Shown here piece by piece: positions 39,890-48,271 of a stretch of DNA of 64,000 nt. Source of the DNA: a virus. Lineage: Duplodnaviria > Heunggongvirae > Uroviricota > Caudoviricetes. The stretch's first letter is position 1; each line of letters starts with the position of its first letter. Position numbers and translations under genes: made by a program. Location of the stretch: the IMG/VR virus record IMGVR_UViG_3300042549_003167; one strand, given 5' to 3'. The notes beneath the pieces were generated by a model that made no database searches, was not told where the DNA came from, and was given only the letters and a program-made list of their open reading frames with translations.

Positions 39890-39895
39890 ACTAAT

Positions 39896-39935
39896 AGAGA
39901 GTAGTGTTCCTTAATTGGGACATTACTCTCTTATT
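39896..39935 (+). terminator. Hairpin (11-bp stem with one G.U pair) followed by an A/U-rich run
   Basis: AGAGAGTAGTG...CATTACTCTCT with a 14-nt loop, immediately after the stop of the 137-aa ORF. Confidence 0.35.
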
Positions 39936-40562
39936 ATATATAAGGGTGGGTGTGATGAACACATTTGGGTGGGTTTATTGCTAATTAACCTATTGATTCT
40001 CAACATTTTATCTATGAGAATGAGAATAGGTGTGTGCTCTATTCCCACATATTGGCACATTTTGACACATCATTAATAACAGCTATACAATACAATATAT
40101 ATAGCATTAACTAACATTTATATGACAATTACAATAAGAGATATATCTAATGGTTTAAATATTATTACATTAGATCTTAAACATATTCCTAGTAGGGAAG
40201 ATGATATAATTATAGATAAGATATGGTATAAGGTTGATGGAATCATTTGGAACTTTGATAATAATGATTATACACTCTACGTTGTACCTAGTAAAACTAT
40301 ATAATGTACCATTTCTATTTCCCAAGGATAGACAGATGTAATACAATTTATGCAATACAGTATGTTAAACTCGATATGATACTCACTAATCATAAAGGTT
40401 TATAACAATTAACAGAGACATTGCAATAGAGAAAGGTTGTTCCTTTCAGCATTACATCTGAGTACAGAGGGATATATATATCTTTGTCATTAGCCTTTAG
40501 CGTACCAAAGGTGATATATATTATATAACACATTATTAATCAATCATTTAACACATTAACAC

Positions 40563-40781
40563 ATGAAACTAATCAAACACGTCATTAACATTATGTTCCT
40601 ATGGAGCATACCTCACATTCTTTTAGCATTTGTTTTGCTAATTACAGGTCTTATATATAACTATCATGAAGCTGTTACATCAGAGATATGGATAGTTGTT
40701 ATGTTCTTCTATTTCATTATTACAGCTATTATGTATGCTGTAAGCTCAGGAGAAGAAGACGAAATGAAAATACTCAAATAA
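40563..40781 (+). CDS. Small two-TM membrane protein (72 aa)
   Basis: Two hydrophobic helices and a charged C-terminus (SSGEEDEMKILK). Confidence 0.35.
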   Translation: MKLIKHVINIMFLWSIPHILLAFVLLITGLIYNYHEAVTSEIWIVVMFFYFIITAIMYAVSSGEEDEMKILK

Positions 40782-40866
40782 ACATCACATTATCAATTAG
40801 TTATTACACAACACAACTACAGCTATAAAAAACATTGGCTAGTTGGTAATATGTGTGTTAGATTTA

Positions 40867-40898
40867 GGACTCTGCTTCCCCTAGCAGGGTCCTTTTTT
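40867..40898 (+). terminator. Rho-independent terminator
   Basis: GGACTCTGCT-TCCCCT-AGCAGGGTCC stem (one mismatch) followed by TTTTTT. Confidence 0.55.
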
Positions 40899-40921
40899 AC
40901 TAATCATCAAAAACAAACAAT

Positions 40922-41518
40922 ATGCTTATATTAGCAAAACTTGTATTTAAATCATATATGCCCAAGCAATTGGAGATAGGTATGTGGTTTAAGAAAGATC
41001 ACAGTGATGTGGTCTATGGTAAGATATATAACTATATCACCATATATGAACTAAAAGAGTTGCCACGTAATATGGAGGAATACATATCCATTAATGGTGC
41101 ACCTGTTGAGCCTTATATTATACAGCCAATGACTAATCCAGATGATCCAGAAGAAATACTGGTGATATCTGATTTTGTAGGTTGGTGGGAGTCTGATGAA
41201 GGCTGGGAGGATGATGATGGTAATTGGATAGAGAATATACAGCTAGAAGACCTATCGCCTAAGATTATCAATGAATGGATATATGGTGAGAATGGAGACA
41301 ATGATGGTCTCATAGCTCTTGAAGTCAATGATGACAGAGAAGCCATTACATATCTTGATGATGAAGGCAATGATACAGGCAAGGTTATCATCAAACAATC
41401 TGATTATGTAAATGAAGATGATGACTATGATACAATAGAAGAAGAGTATCTTGAGGATGAAGAAGATTGGGATGATATGGATGATGAGCCTGAATTTGAA
41501 TTAGGTGGATCTGAATAA
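40922..41518 (+). CDS. Strongly acidic protein (198 aa); candidate DNA-mimic/anti-restriction protein
   Basis: The C-terminal ~130 aa are packed with D/E (WEDDDGNW; EDDDYDTIEEEYLEDEEDWDDMDDEPEFE). It lies in the early region right after the control region. Confidence 0.4.
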   Translation: MLILAKLVFKSYMPKQLEIGMWFKKDHSDVVYGKIYNYITIYELKELPRNMEEYISINGAPVEPYIIQPMTNPDDPEEILVISDFVGWWESDEGWEDDDGNWIENIQLEDLSPKIINEWIYGENGDNDGLIALEVNDDREAITYLDDEGNDTGKVIIKQSDYVNEDDDYDTIEEEYLEDEEDWDDMDDEPEFELGGSE

Positions 41519-41541
41519 AATAACAATTTAAAAACAAAACT

Positions 41542-41718
41542 ATGGCTATTTCAACATGCTGTGGAGCACACACCACAATGCCAGAATATGACATTTGTCC
41601 TGATTGCAGAGAACATTGTGATTGGGAAGATGATGAACTTGAAGAAGATAGAACATTATCTCATTTACAATATAATCTAAATAGAGATAAAATGGCTGAA
41701 AATGAAAAACATGAATAA
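41542..41718 (+). CDS. Possible Cys-rich micro-protein (58 aa)
   Basis: Manually translated MAISTCCGAHTTMPEYDICPDCREHCDWEDDELEEDRTL.... It overlaps ORF 41702..41893 in a different frame. Confidence 0.25.
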   Translation: MAISTCCGAHTTMPEYDICPDCREHCDWEDDELEEDRTLSHLQYNLNRDKMAENEKHE

Positions 41719-41893
41719 CTCATTAAAAACCAAAGAGATGAAGAAGCTATATGAAATTTTATTTGAAGGCAAAAAGCCTGAAGAACAGCCATTAAAGCTT
41801 GAGATAAAGCTTAAATCTACTGCTACACCACAAGAGCAGCTAGAAATAAATGAATGGTATAGACATATTAATAACTCATTACAAAGAAATTAG
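41702..41893 (+). CDS. Hypothetical small protein (63 aa)
   Basis: ORF track only. Confidence 0.25.
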   Translation: MKNMNNSLKTKEMKKLYEILFEGKKPEEQPLKLEIKLKSTATPQEQLEINEWYRHINNSLQRN

Positions 41894-41923
41894 GTTAGAT
41901 GTGTGTGTGGTTAGTAAGTAAAC

Positions 41924-41952
41924 AAAGCCCTGCAGAAATGTGGGGCTTTTTT
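41924..41952 (+). terminator. Rho-independent terminator
   Basis: AAAGCCCT...GGGGCTTT stem followed by a T-run (GGGGCTTTTTTAT). Confidence 0.45.
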
Positions 41953-42018
41953 ATGAACTCATAAGAATCAATACCACAAAGCATTACAGAAGAAAGTCCT
42001 AACATAATAGAAGAGAAT

Positions 42019-42348
42019 ATGATAATTAAAGGAAATAGAAAACGTACAAGGTTGACGAATGGTAAGGAACCACTCAGAGATACTGATTTGAGTGTTGACA
42101 CTGGTTATATGAGTTACCAAACTGTACCTTTACCCCTAAAGAAGGATAAGAAATTTACTCAAGCATGGGATTATCTACCTAAAGATGATATACCAAAGCA
42201 AATATTAAGACAAAAAGGTCTTGCAAAGACTAATAAGCAGAAGTTAAAACATATTAAATCACATCAAAAACAAAAACATGAAAAGCAAAGGTCAAACCAA
42301 CTATTCCAGCAAGGAATTAAAATCAATCAAACAAATGGTAGCTACTAA
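42019..42348 (+). CDS. Hypothetical basic protein (109 aa)
   Basis: Lys-rich ORF. It conflicts with the overlapping ORF 42278..42586. Confidence 0.25.
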   Translation: MIIKGNRKRTRLTNGKEPLRDTDLSVDTGYMSYQTVPLPLKKDKKFTQAWDYLPKDDIPKQILRQKGLAKTNKQKLKHIKSHQKQKHEKQRSNQLFQQGIKINQTNGSY

Positions 42349-42586
42349 CAAAAATAGTGTTAAACCATTGTCTAAGCGTAAGTTAGCTACTCTTGTGGCT
42401 AATACAATCAATAGACCTGTAGTAGGAGTCTATTATAAAATATTGAGTATGCCTAAGAAGCGTACATATACAAAGAGAACAAAGGAAGTGACAGCCACTC
42501 CTATTGTGAGCATGAAAAAATCTATTAGCTTTGGTAAGCCAAGCAAAATAGAGATATCTGATACAGGAATGACATTTTATTTCTAA
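42278..42586 (+). CDS. Hypothetical basic protein (102 aa)
   Basis: ORF track only. It overlaps the previous ORF. Confidence 0.25.
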   Translation: MKSKGQTNYSSKELKSIKQMVATNKNSVKPLSKRKLATLVANTINRPVVGVYYKILSMPKKRTYTKRTKEVTATPIVSMKKSISFGKPSKIEISDTGMTFYF

Positions 42587-42604
42587 TCAATAAACACACA
42601 CACC

Positions 42605-42880
42605 ATGTCTTACAGCCTAGTTTACAGTGCTAAACCACATAGCACACATACAATCAACGTGTATGAATCATCTAAACAAGATTCTCCTTATATAAAGGGA
42701 TTAAGAGCTTGTTCTAAACTAATAGATGCTATATTTACTGACAAATCAAAAGGTAGATATAAACCATCTAGACGTGTAGATTGCATACACAAAAAAGGAC
42801 GTCACTTTATGTACATCAATTCTGATGAATATGAAATAACTAGAGAGTTGTTCATCAGGGTAAAAAACATTGGAAAATGA
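42605..42880 (+). CDS. Hypothetical protein (91 aa)
   Basis: ORF only. Confidence 0.3.
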   Translation: MSYSLVYSAKPHSTHTINVYESSKQDSPYIKGLRACSKLIDAIFTDKSKGRYKPSRRVDCIHKKGRHFMYINSDEYEITRELFIRVKNIGK

Positions 42881-42928
42881 TAGTATATTTTATTATCTTT
42901 GTTATTGTCATCTGGATATGGGTAGCAT

Positions 42929-43237
42929 ATGAATTCTTCAGTGCACCATATTCAGATAATGATAATAATAAAAACAAAAAAGATAAACATGGCAATAAGT
43001 AAAAAGGTTGAGAATAAGGTAAAAGGTTATTTCTTTATGAGTATTAACAATGATGTAATCAATGTTGATATGGCTGGTGATGATACAGCATTAGCTGCAG
43101 CATTTGGCATGTTATTAACAAGCAAAGCTAAGAGTAATGCAGATATTAAAAGAATATTAGCAGCATCTCTTGAGTTTGCTATTCAGCAGTTAGAATCTAA
43201 AAAGAAGCCTATTGCTAAAGCTGTTAAAAAGAAATAA
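42929..43237 (+). CDS. Hypothetical protein (102 aa)
   Basis: ORF only. Confidence 0.3.
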   Translation: MNSSVHHIQIMIIIKTKKINMAISKKVENKVKGYFFMSINNDVINVDMAGDDTALAAAFGMLLTSKAKSNADIKRILAASLEFAIQQLESKKKPIAKAVKKK

Positions 43238-43238
43238 T

Positions 43239-43361
43239 ATGAATGAATATTTTAGTTATTATGAGAGCTTACATAAGCTTCCTAAGTCTAAGCAGAGATA
43301 TTACATCTGGGACATGATTAAATGGTGTATTAAAGAATACATTAAAACATATAAGAAATGA
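43239..43361 (+). CDS. Micro-ORF (40 aa) with a KWCIKEYI motif, overlapping the PolB start; paralogue of 47099..47272
   Basis: Manually translated MNEYFSYYESLHKLPKSKQRYYIWDMIKWCIKEYIKTYKK. Its TGA overlaps the ATG of the polymerase gene (ATGA). Confidence 0.35.
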   Translation: MNEYFSYYESLHKLPKSKQRYYIWDMIKWCIKEYIKTYKK

Positions 43362-45310
43362 ATGTACTTATCTATGATATAGAAACACTTAAAGAACTGT
43401 TTCTTATTGTTATATACAATCCAGAGAGTGATGTAACATATGAGTTTCAGGTGAGTAAGTGGACTAATCAATTAGATGGGTTCATGAGGTTTACTGAGCA
43501 ACATGATGAGCATTATTGGGTGGGCTACAACAACTTACGCTTTGATAGTCAGGTTGTTGAGCATATACTTAGAACATATGAGAATTGGCATGAGCTGAGT
43601 GGTCTAGAGATCTGTGCATTAATATCACAGAAAGCTACAGATACTATTCATGATGCTAATTATGATGTATTCCCTGAATATAGAGAAGAATGGTTGAGTC
43701 TTAAGCAAATAGATCTATTCAAGGTGAACCACTATGATAACAAAAATAGAATGGTCTCACTAAAAAGATTAGAGTTTGAGATGGATCTAGAAAACATTGA
43801 AGAGATGCCTATACATCATAGTAAAGAGAACATGACTCAGGATGACATAGCTATAACAATAGACTATTGTCGTAATGATGTTATGGCTACGTATGAATTC
43901 TATAAGGTGACAACAGGTGACACTGAGCATCCACTATACAAGGGTAATAATCAGATAGAACTAAGACAAGACATATACGAGGAGTTTGGCATACCATGCT
44001 TAAACTATTCAGATAGCAAGATTGGTGATGAGATGATTAAGAAGTATTATTGTGAGGCCAAGGGCATACAATATTCTGATCTACCAAAGAAAGGATTATT
44101 TAGAACTGAAGTTAAGGTGAAACATTGTATTGCTGATTATGTAGCATTCCAGACACCAGAGCTGCAACAGTTCTTAAAGAAGATTAGCAAAGAGCGTTTT
44201 ACAATTAAGGATGAATTTAAAGAAGCATTAGAGTTTCATGGAAACATATATACATTCGCAAAAGGTGGCTTACACACAGAAAACAAGGCTAAAGTATTTG
44301 AAGCTGATGAAGAGCATATTATTGTTGATTGGGATGTCTCCAGCTATTATCCTGCTATTATTATTAACAATAAGCGTTATCCTCAGCATCTTGGTTCTGA
44401 CTTTCTTAGGGGCTATGAGCAAATGTTTAATAAAAGATTGGAGCTCAAACCCTTGGCTAAGCGAGATAAGAAGATTAAAGGGATTGTGGGAGCTCTTAAG
44501 CTTGCTGTCAATTCTGTGTATGGCAAAAGCTCTGATATGCAAAGCTGGATTTATGACAGACAACTAACTATGTTTACCACTATTACAGGTGAGCTTAGCT
44601 TGTTGATGTTGATCGAAGCATATGAGTTAGCTGATATACATGTTATATCTGCAAATACAGATGGTGTAACTATTATGGTTAAGAAATCATTAATAGATAA
44701 GATGCATGAGGTTAATCAATGGTGGATGGAATTGACTAAATATGAATTAGAACGTACTGACTATCAAAAGATTATATTCTCTACAGTAAATGACTACATA
44801 GCAATCAAAACAGATGGAGAAATTAAAAAGAAAGGTGATTTCCTTACAGACTTTGAGCTTCACAAAAATAAGTCAGCTAGGATTGTACCTATTGCACTCG
44901 AGCATTATTATGTTCATGGTGTGCCTGTGGCTACCACTATTCACAATCACACAAATATATATGACTTTGCTCTCAGGCAGAAAGCTAGTAAAGACTTTCA
45001 CTACGAAGGGCACAGTAAAGACAAGACAAGAGTCTATAATAAACTTATCAGATATTATGTAAGTAAAACTGGTGAGAAGCTATTAAAAGTTAAGAATGAT
45101 AACTCAGATAGCACAGCTGTAAATGTATCTCAGGTTGAAGCAGGTGAATGGGTGATGACAGTATGTAATCATCTAACATCAGATCATCCTCTAGATAACA
45201 TCAATCATGCATATTATATAGAGCGTGCTGAAAGACTGATAGGTAAGATACAGTTTGAAGGCAAGAAACGCAGAGTTATTATTAATCCTAATCAAATGAG
45301 TTTATTCTAA
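43358..45310 (+). CDS. DNA polymerase, family B (compact, 650 aa) with 3'-5' exonuclease domain
   Basis: Exonuclease motifs: ExoI IYDIETL, ExoII YNNLRFDSQ, ExoIII YCRNDVMATYEFY. Polymerase motifs: motif A DWDVSSYYPAII, motif B KLAVNSVYGK, motif C-like ISANTDGVTIMV. Confidence 0.7.
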   Translation: MNVLIYDIETLKELFLIVIYNPESDVTYEFQVSKWTNQLDGFMRFTEQHDEHYWVGYNNLRFDSQVVEHILRTYENWHELSGLEICALISQKATDTIHDANYDVFPEYREEWLSLKQIDLFKVNHYDNKNRMVSLKRLEFEMDLENIEEMPIHHSKENMTQDDIAITIDYCRNDVMATYEFYKVTTGDTEHPLYKGNNQIELRQDIYEEFGIPCLNYSDSKIGDEMIKKYYCEAKGIQYSDLPKKGLFRTEVKVKHCIADYVAFQTPELQQFLKKISKERFTIKDEFKEALEFHGNIYTFAKGGLHTENKAKVFEADEEHIIVDWDVSSYYPAIIINNKRYPQHLGSDFLRGYEQMFNKRLELKPLAKRDKKIKGIVGALKLAVNSVYGKSSDMQSWIYDRQLTMFTTITGELSLLMLIEAYELADIHVISANTDGVTIMVKKSLIDKMHEVNQWWMELTKYELERTDYQKIIFSTVNDYIAIKTDGEIKKKGDFLTDFELHKNKSARIVPIALEHYYVHGVPVATTIHNHTNIYDFALRQKASKDFHYEGHSKDKTRVYNKLIRYYVSKTGEKLLKVKNDNSDSTAVNVSQVEAGEWVMTVCNHLTSDHPLDNINHAYYIERAERLIGKIQFEGKKRRVIINPNQMSLF

Positions 45311-45516
45311 TGGAAAAGTATCCTATACCTTCAGAAAAAGCAGAAGAGCTAATAAATAAGTTCTTCAAAGCAAAACATCAACCATATAGTTATAAAGATG
45401 CACAAAGCTGTGCATTAATAACAGTAAATGAGATTATAGAGCAGATAACTCATTGGTGCCCAGTGCATATTCTTAATTATTGGATGAATGTTAGAAAAGA
45501 AATAGAATTATCATAA
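45310..45516 (+). CDS. Hypothetical protein (68 aa)
   Basis: ORF only. Confidence 0.3.
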   Translation: MEKYPIPSEKAEELINKFFKAKHQPYSYKDAQSCALITVNEIIEQITHWCPVHILNYWMNVRKEIELS

Positions 45517-45587
45517 TGGCAAAGATTAATAGAGAAAACATTTGGTAATATCAACTATTCTGTTTATCTTTGCCAAAATAATAAATA

Positions 45588-46202
45588 ATGGAAGAAATTT
45601 GGAAAGATATACCTGAATATGAAGGATTGTATCAAATTAGTAATTTAGGTAATGTTAGGTCACAACATTTTAATAAAATGAGTGGACAAAAACCTGGTCA
45701 GCTACTTAAAATTGGATTGATGTATAATGGTTATTTATCTATACAACTTAGAATGGGTGATACTAATAAAAGACATCTTGTTCATAGATTAATTGCAGAG
45801 TCATTTATATCAAATCCTGATAATAAACCAGTAATTAATCATATTAATGGTATCAAAAATGATAACAGAATTGAGAATCTAGAATGGTGCACTCAATCTG
45901 AAAATGTTAGACATGCCATTGATACAGGATTAAGAACTAGTGCTTTTGGTCCAGCTAAAGGAACTAAACCTTGGAATACAGATAAACTTTTATCTGAAGA
46001 ACATAAGACTAAATTAAGCAAAGCTAAATTAGGTAAACCTTCATTAAAGAAAAGAAAAGTAATAGACACATCCACTGGTATAATTTATGATGGTATACAA
46101 GAAGCTGCAGATGCTTTTGGTGTAAAATATAGTAATATGTGTGGTAAATTGTATAAGAAAAACAAAATAAATTTAACATTTTATGAGTCGCATCAATCGT
46201 GA
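45588..46202 (+). CDS. Free-standing HNH homing endonuclease with NUMOD4 motif (204 aa); mobile selfish element
   Basis: NUMOD4: WKDIPEYEGLYQISNLGNVRS. HNH_3: HLVHRLIAESFISNPDNKPVINHINGIKNDNRIENLEWCTQSEN. NUMOD3-like: HKTKLSKAKLGK. Confidence 0.75.
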   Translation: MEEIWKDIPEYEGLYQISNLGNVRSQHFNKMSGQKPGQLLKIGLMYNGYLSIQLRMGDTNKRHLVHRLIAESFISNPDNKPVINHINGIKNDNRIENLEWCTQSENVRHAIDTGLRTSAFGPAKGTKPWNTDKLLSEEHKTKLSKAKLGKPSLKKRKVIDTSTGIIYDGIQEAADAFGVKYSNMCGKLYKKNKINLTFYESHQS

Positions 46203-46437
46203 AAACATAGCTGATCATTTAGTTGATTATCAATTAGGTATAATTGGTAAGTCTATGCAAGAAGCATATATGACAAGAGAGTGGTACAGTAAATGGACCA
46301 TGACTCAAGAACAACATGATGCATTCAAAGCATATGCTATACCATTAATGAAAAAGGTATTTAAAATAAATAAAACAAGGGCTGAAGCAAACTTTCAATG
46401 GTTTGATTTAGAGTTTGGCCTGCGTATAAAAGATTAA
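46183..46437 (+). CDS. Hypothetical protein (84 aa)
   Basis: ORF only. Confidence 0.3.
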   Translation: MSRINRENIADHLVDYQLGIIGKSMQEAYMTREWYSKWTMTQEQHDAFKAYAIPLMKKVFKINKTRAEANFQWFDLEFGLRIKD

Positions 46438-46448
46438 AACACACAATT

Positions 46449-47006
46449 ATGGGAGCATGTCAATTTAAAGGAAGATATGGTGGTAAAACAGCACAAGAAG
46501 CATATGATAGAGCTTGTGAAGAAGCTGAACTTGAGTATGGTAGTCAAGATGGCTACAATGGTACAATTAGCACTACTCATGGATTTAGAGATGAAACAGA
46601 AGCATATAATAAAAGTAAGTTTAATGATGTATCTGCTTACATACGTGACAGATTTGATAGTCATTCTATGAACAAACGTGATTGTTCAGCTATATGTGTT
46701 GTAAAACCTGTAGGTAATAAAAACAAGACTAAGTCACAAGTGGAGCACATAGTTACACCAGGTACGAAGAAATGGGTACTTAAATATGTTGTTAAACATA
46801 ATGATCATGTTATTGGTGCATGGCCTACAAAAGGTGATGCTGTAAAAGATGCACGTAGATATACAGAGAGAAATCAGGTAACTACAACAATATCAATGGA
46901 AAAGTTCTTAGAGAAAGGTGATAACTTAGTAGCTAAGATAACATACAAAAAAGCTACTAATGAAAGAGATGGTGAGTGGATATTCTTTGGTTATGCAGCA
47001 GAATAA
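46449..47006 (+). CDS. Hypothetical protein (185 aa)
   Basis: ORF only. Confidence 0.35.
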   Translation: MGACQFKGRYGGKTAQEAYDRACEEAELEYGSQDGYNGTISTTHGFRDETEAYNKSKFNDVSAYIRDRFDSHSMNKRDCSAICVVKPVGNKNKTKSQVEHIVTPGTKKWVLKYVVKHNDHVIGAWPTKGDAVKDARRYTERNQVTTTISMEKFLEKGDNLVAKITYKKATNERDGEWIFFGYAAE

Positions 47007-47098
47007 AACAAATAAATATGTTAACAACAATTGTACTTATTATTATTTATGCAGCACTTATTATCTATAACCAAAACAAAGACAAAAACAAATAACCT

Positions 47099-47272
47099 AT
47101 GAGTGAGGTAGTGTTTCAGGTGTTTCAAGTGTTTTACACTAAGCCTGCTAGACAAAGAAGAAAGGCTGTATGGAAGATGTTTAAATGGTGCATAAAAGAA
47201 TACATAGCCACATTCAAGAAAGAAGAGATTCCTGTAAACGTTATTACAGATCAATTAACTAAAATCAAATAA
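47099..47272 (+). CDS. Micro-ORF (57 aa) with a KWCIKEYI motif; paralogue of 43239..43361
   Basis: Manually translated MSEVVFQVFQVFYTKPARQRRKAVWKMFKWCIKEYIATFKKEEIPVNVITDQLTKIK. Its stop is 1 nt before the next ATG. Confidence 0.35.
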   Translation: MSEVVFQVFQVFYTKPARQRRKAVWKMFKWCIKEYIATFKKEEIPVNVITDQLTKIK

Positions 47273-47273
47273 A

Positions 47274-47504
47274 ATGCCAGACATTTCAATGTGCGAAGGT
47301 GGTAGTTGTCTATTAAGACTAAACTGTCACAGATATACAGCTAAGGCTGAAGAGATGGGACAATCATTTTTCTCAGAACCTCCATATAAACTAAACTTAA
47401 TGTTAGATGAAAATGTAGGCAGCCTTGGTGTTGCAACAATAAGTTGTGGTTATTTTTGGAATAATCAAAATTATGAGAATGAAAGACCAAAATCTAAAAA
47501 TTAA
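47274..47504 (+). CDS. Hypothetical protein (76 aa), Cys-containing
   Basis: ORF only. Confidence 0.3.
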   Translation: MPDISMCEGGSCLLRLNCHRYTAKAEEMGQSFFSEPPYKLNLMLDENVGSLGVATISCGYFWNNQNYENERPKSKN

Positions 47505-47676
47505 TGAGGATTGGGAGAGGGATTATCTTAAAGATTTAGTATATTTGCAAGAGACACAACAGATACTTGAAGAGGAGTTTAGAAGAATAAAACTACCTGC
47601 TCAGATAGTAGTAATTGATAAAGACAAAATACTAGAAAAACACAATGAACCTCACACTAACGTTCTCCCATTTTAA
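47446..47676 (+). CDS. Hypothetical protein (76 aa); start uncertain
   Basis: The ORF overlaps its neighbours. Confidence 0.25.
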   Translation: MVIFGIIKIMRMKDQNLKINEDWERDYLKDLVYLQETQQILEEEFRRIKLPAQIVVIDKDKILEKHNEPHTNVLPF

Positions 47677-48271
47677 GGAGCTAACTAAGGCTGGATACAC
47701 CTTAGACATGTTATGCTTCATAACACTAGTTGAAGAAGGCAATGATGTAGATGAAATGTGTGCAGAAGATAGCAAAATGAAAATGCTCTATCAAACTGTA
47801 CGCAGAAAAGGTCTATTGTCAGAGTCAAATAAGATTACCATAATAGGTAAAGAAGTTTTGTCTTTTCTTAATGAGAAGATAGAACAACCTAAGATGGTTA
47901 AGAAGAAGAAAACAGATTCAGACTTTGATAAGTGGTGGATGACGTACCCAGGTACTGATACGTTCACATATAAGAGTCAATCATTTACAGGTACACGTGG
48001 TATGCGTGTAAAGAAAGATGAGTGTAAACTTAAATTCAACAGCATTGTTGGAGAAGGCGAGTACAAACCTACAGAGCTCATAGCAGCATTAGAATACGAA
48101 ATACTGCAGAAGAAAGAGAATTCAATTAAGACAAAAGTCAATAGACTTACATTTATGCAGAACAGTCTCACCTATCTCAACCAGAGGTCATTTGAACCAT
48201 TCATTGAGTTGATAAGAGATGGTAAGACTATCAAAGAATCTGCTGAACCAATTAAAGGTATGGATATATGA
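47645..48271 (+). CDS. Hypothetical protein (208 aa), immediately upstream of the helicase and overlapping it; candidate helicase loader/accessory protein
   Basis: Position only. Confidence 0.3.
   Translation: MNLTLTFSHFKELTKAGYTLDMLCFITLVEEGNDVDEMCAEDSKMKMLYQTVRRKGLLSESNKITIIGKEVLSFLNEKIEQPKMVKKKKTDSDFDKWWMTYPGTDTFTYKSQSFTGTRGMRVKKDECKLKFNSIVGEGEYKPTELIAALEYEILQKKENSIKTKVNRLTFMQNSLTYLNQRSFEPFIELIRDGKTIKESAEPIKGMDI

Noticed and set aside
40122-40304. 60-aa ORF in the AT-rich non-coding stretch, and the 68-aa ORF 49326..49532
   Set aside because: Each is at the minimum length, with Ile/Asn-rich composition typical of AT-rich non-coding DNA and no coupling to neighbours. They are left uncalled.
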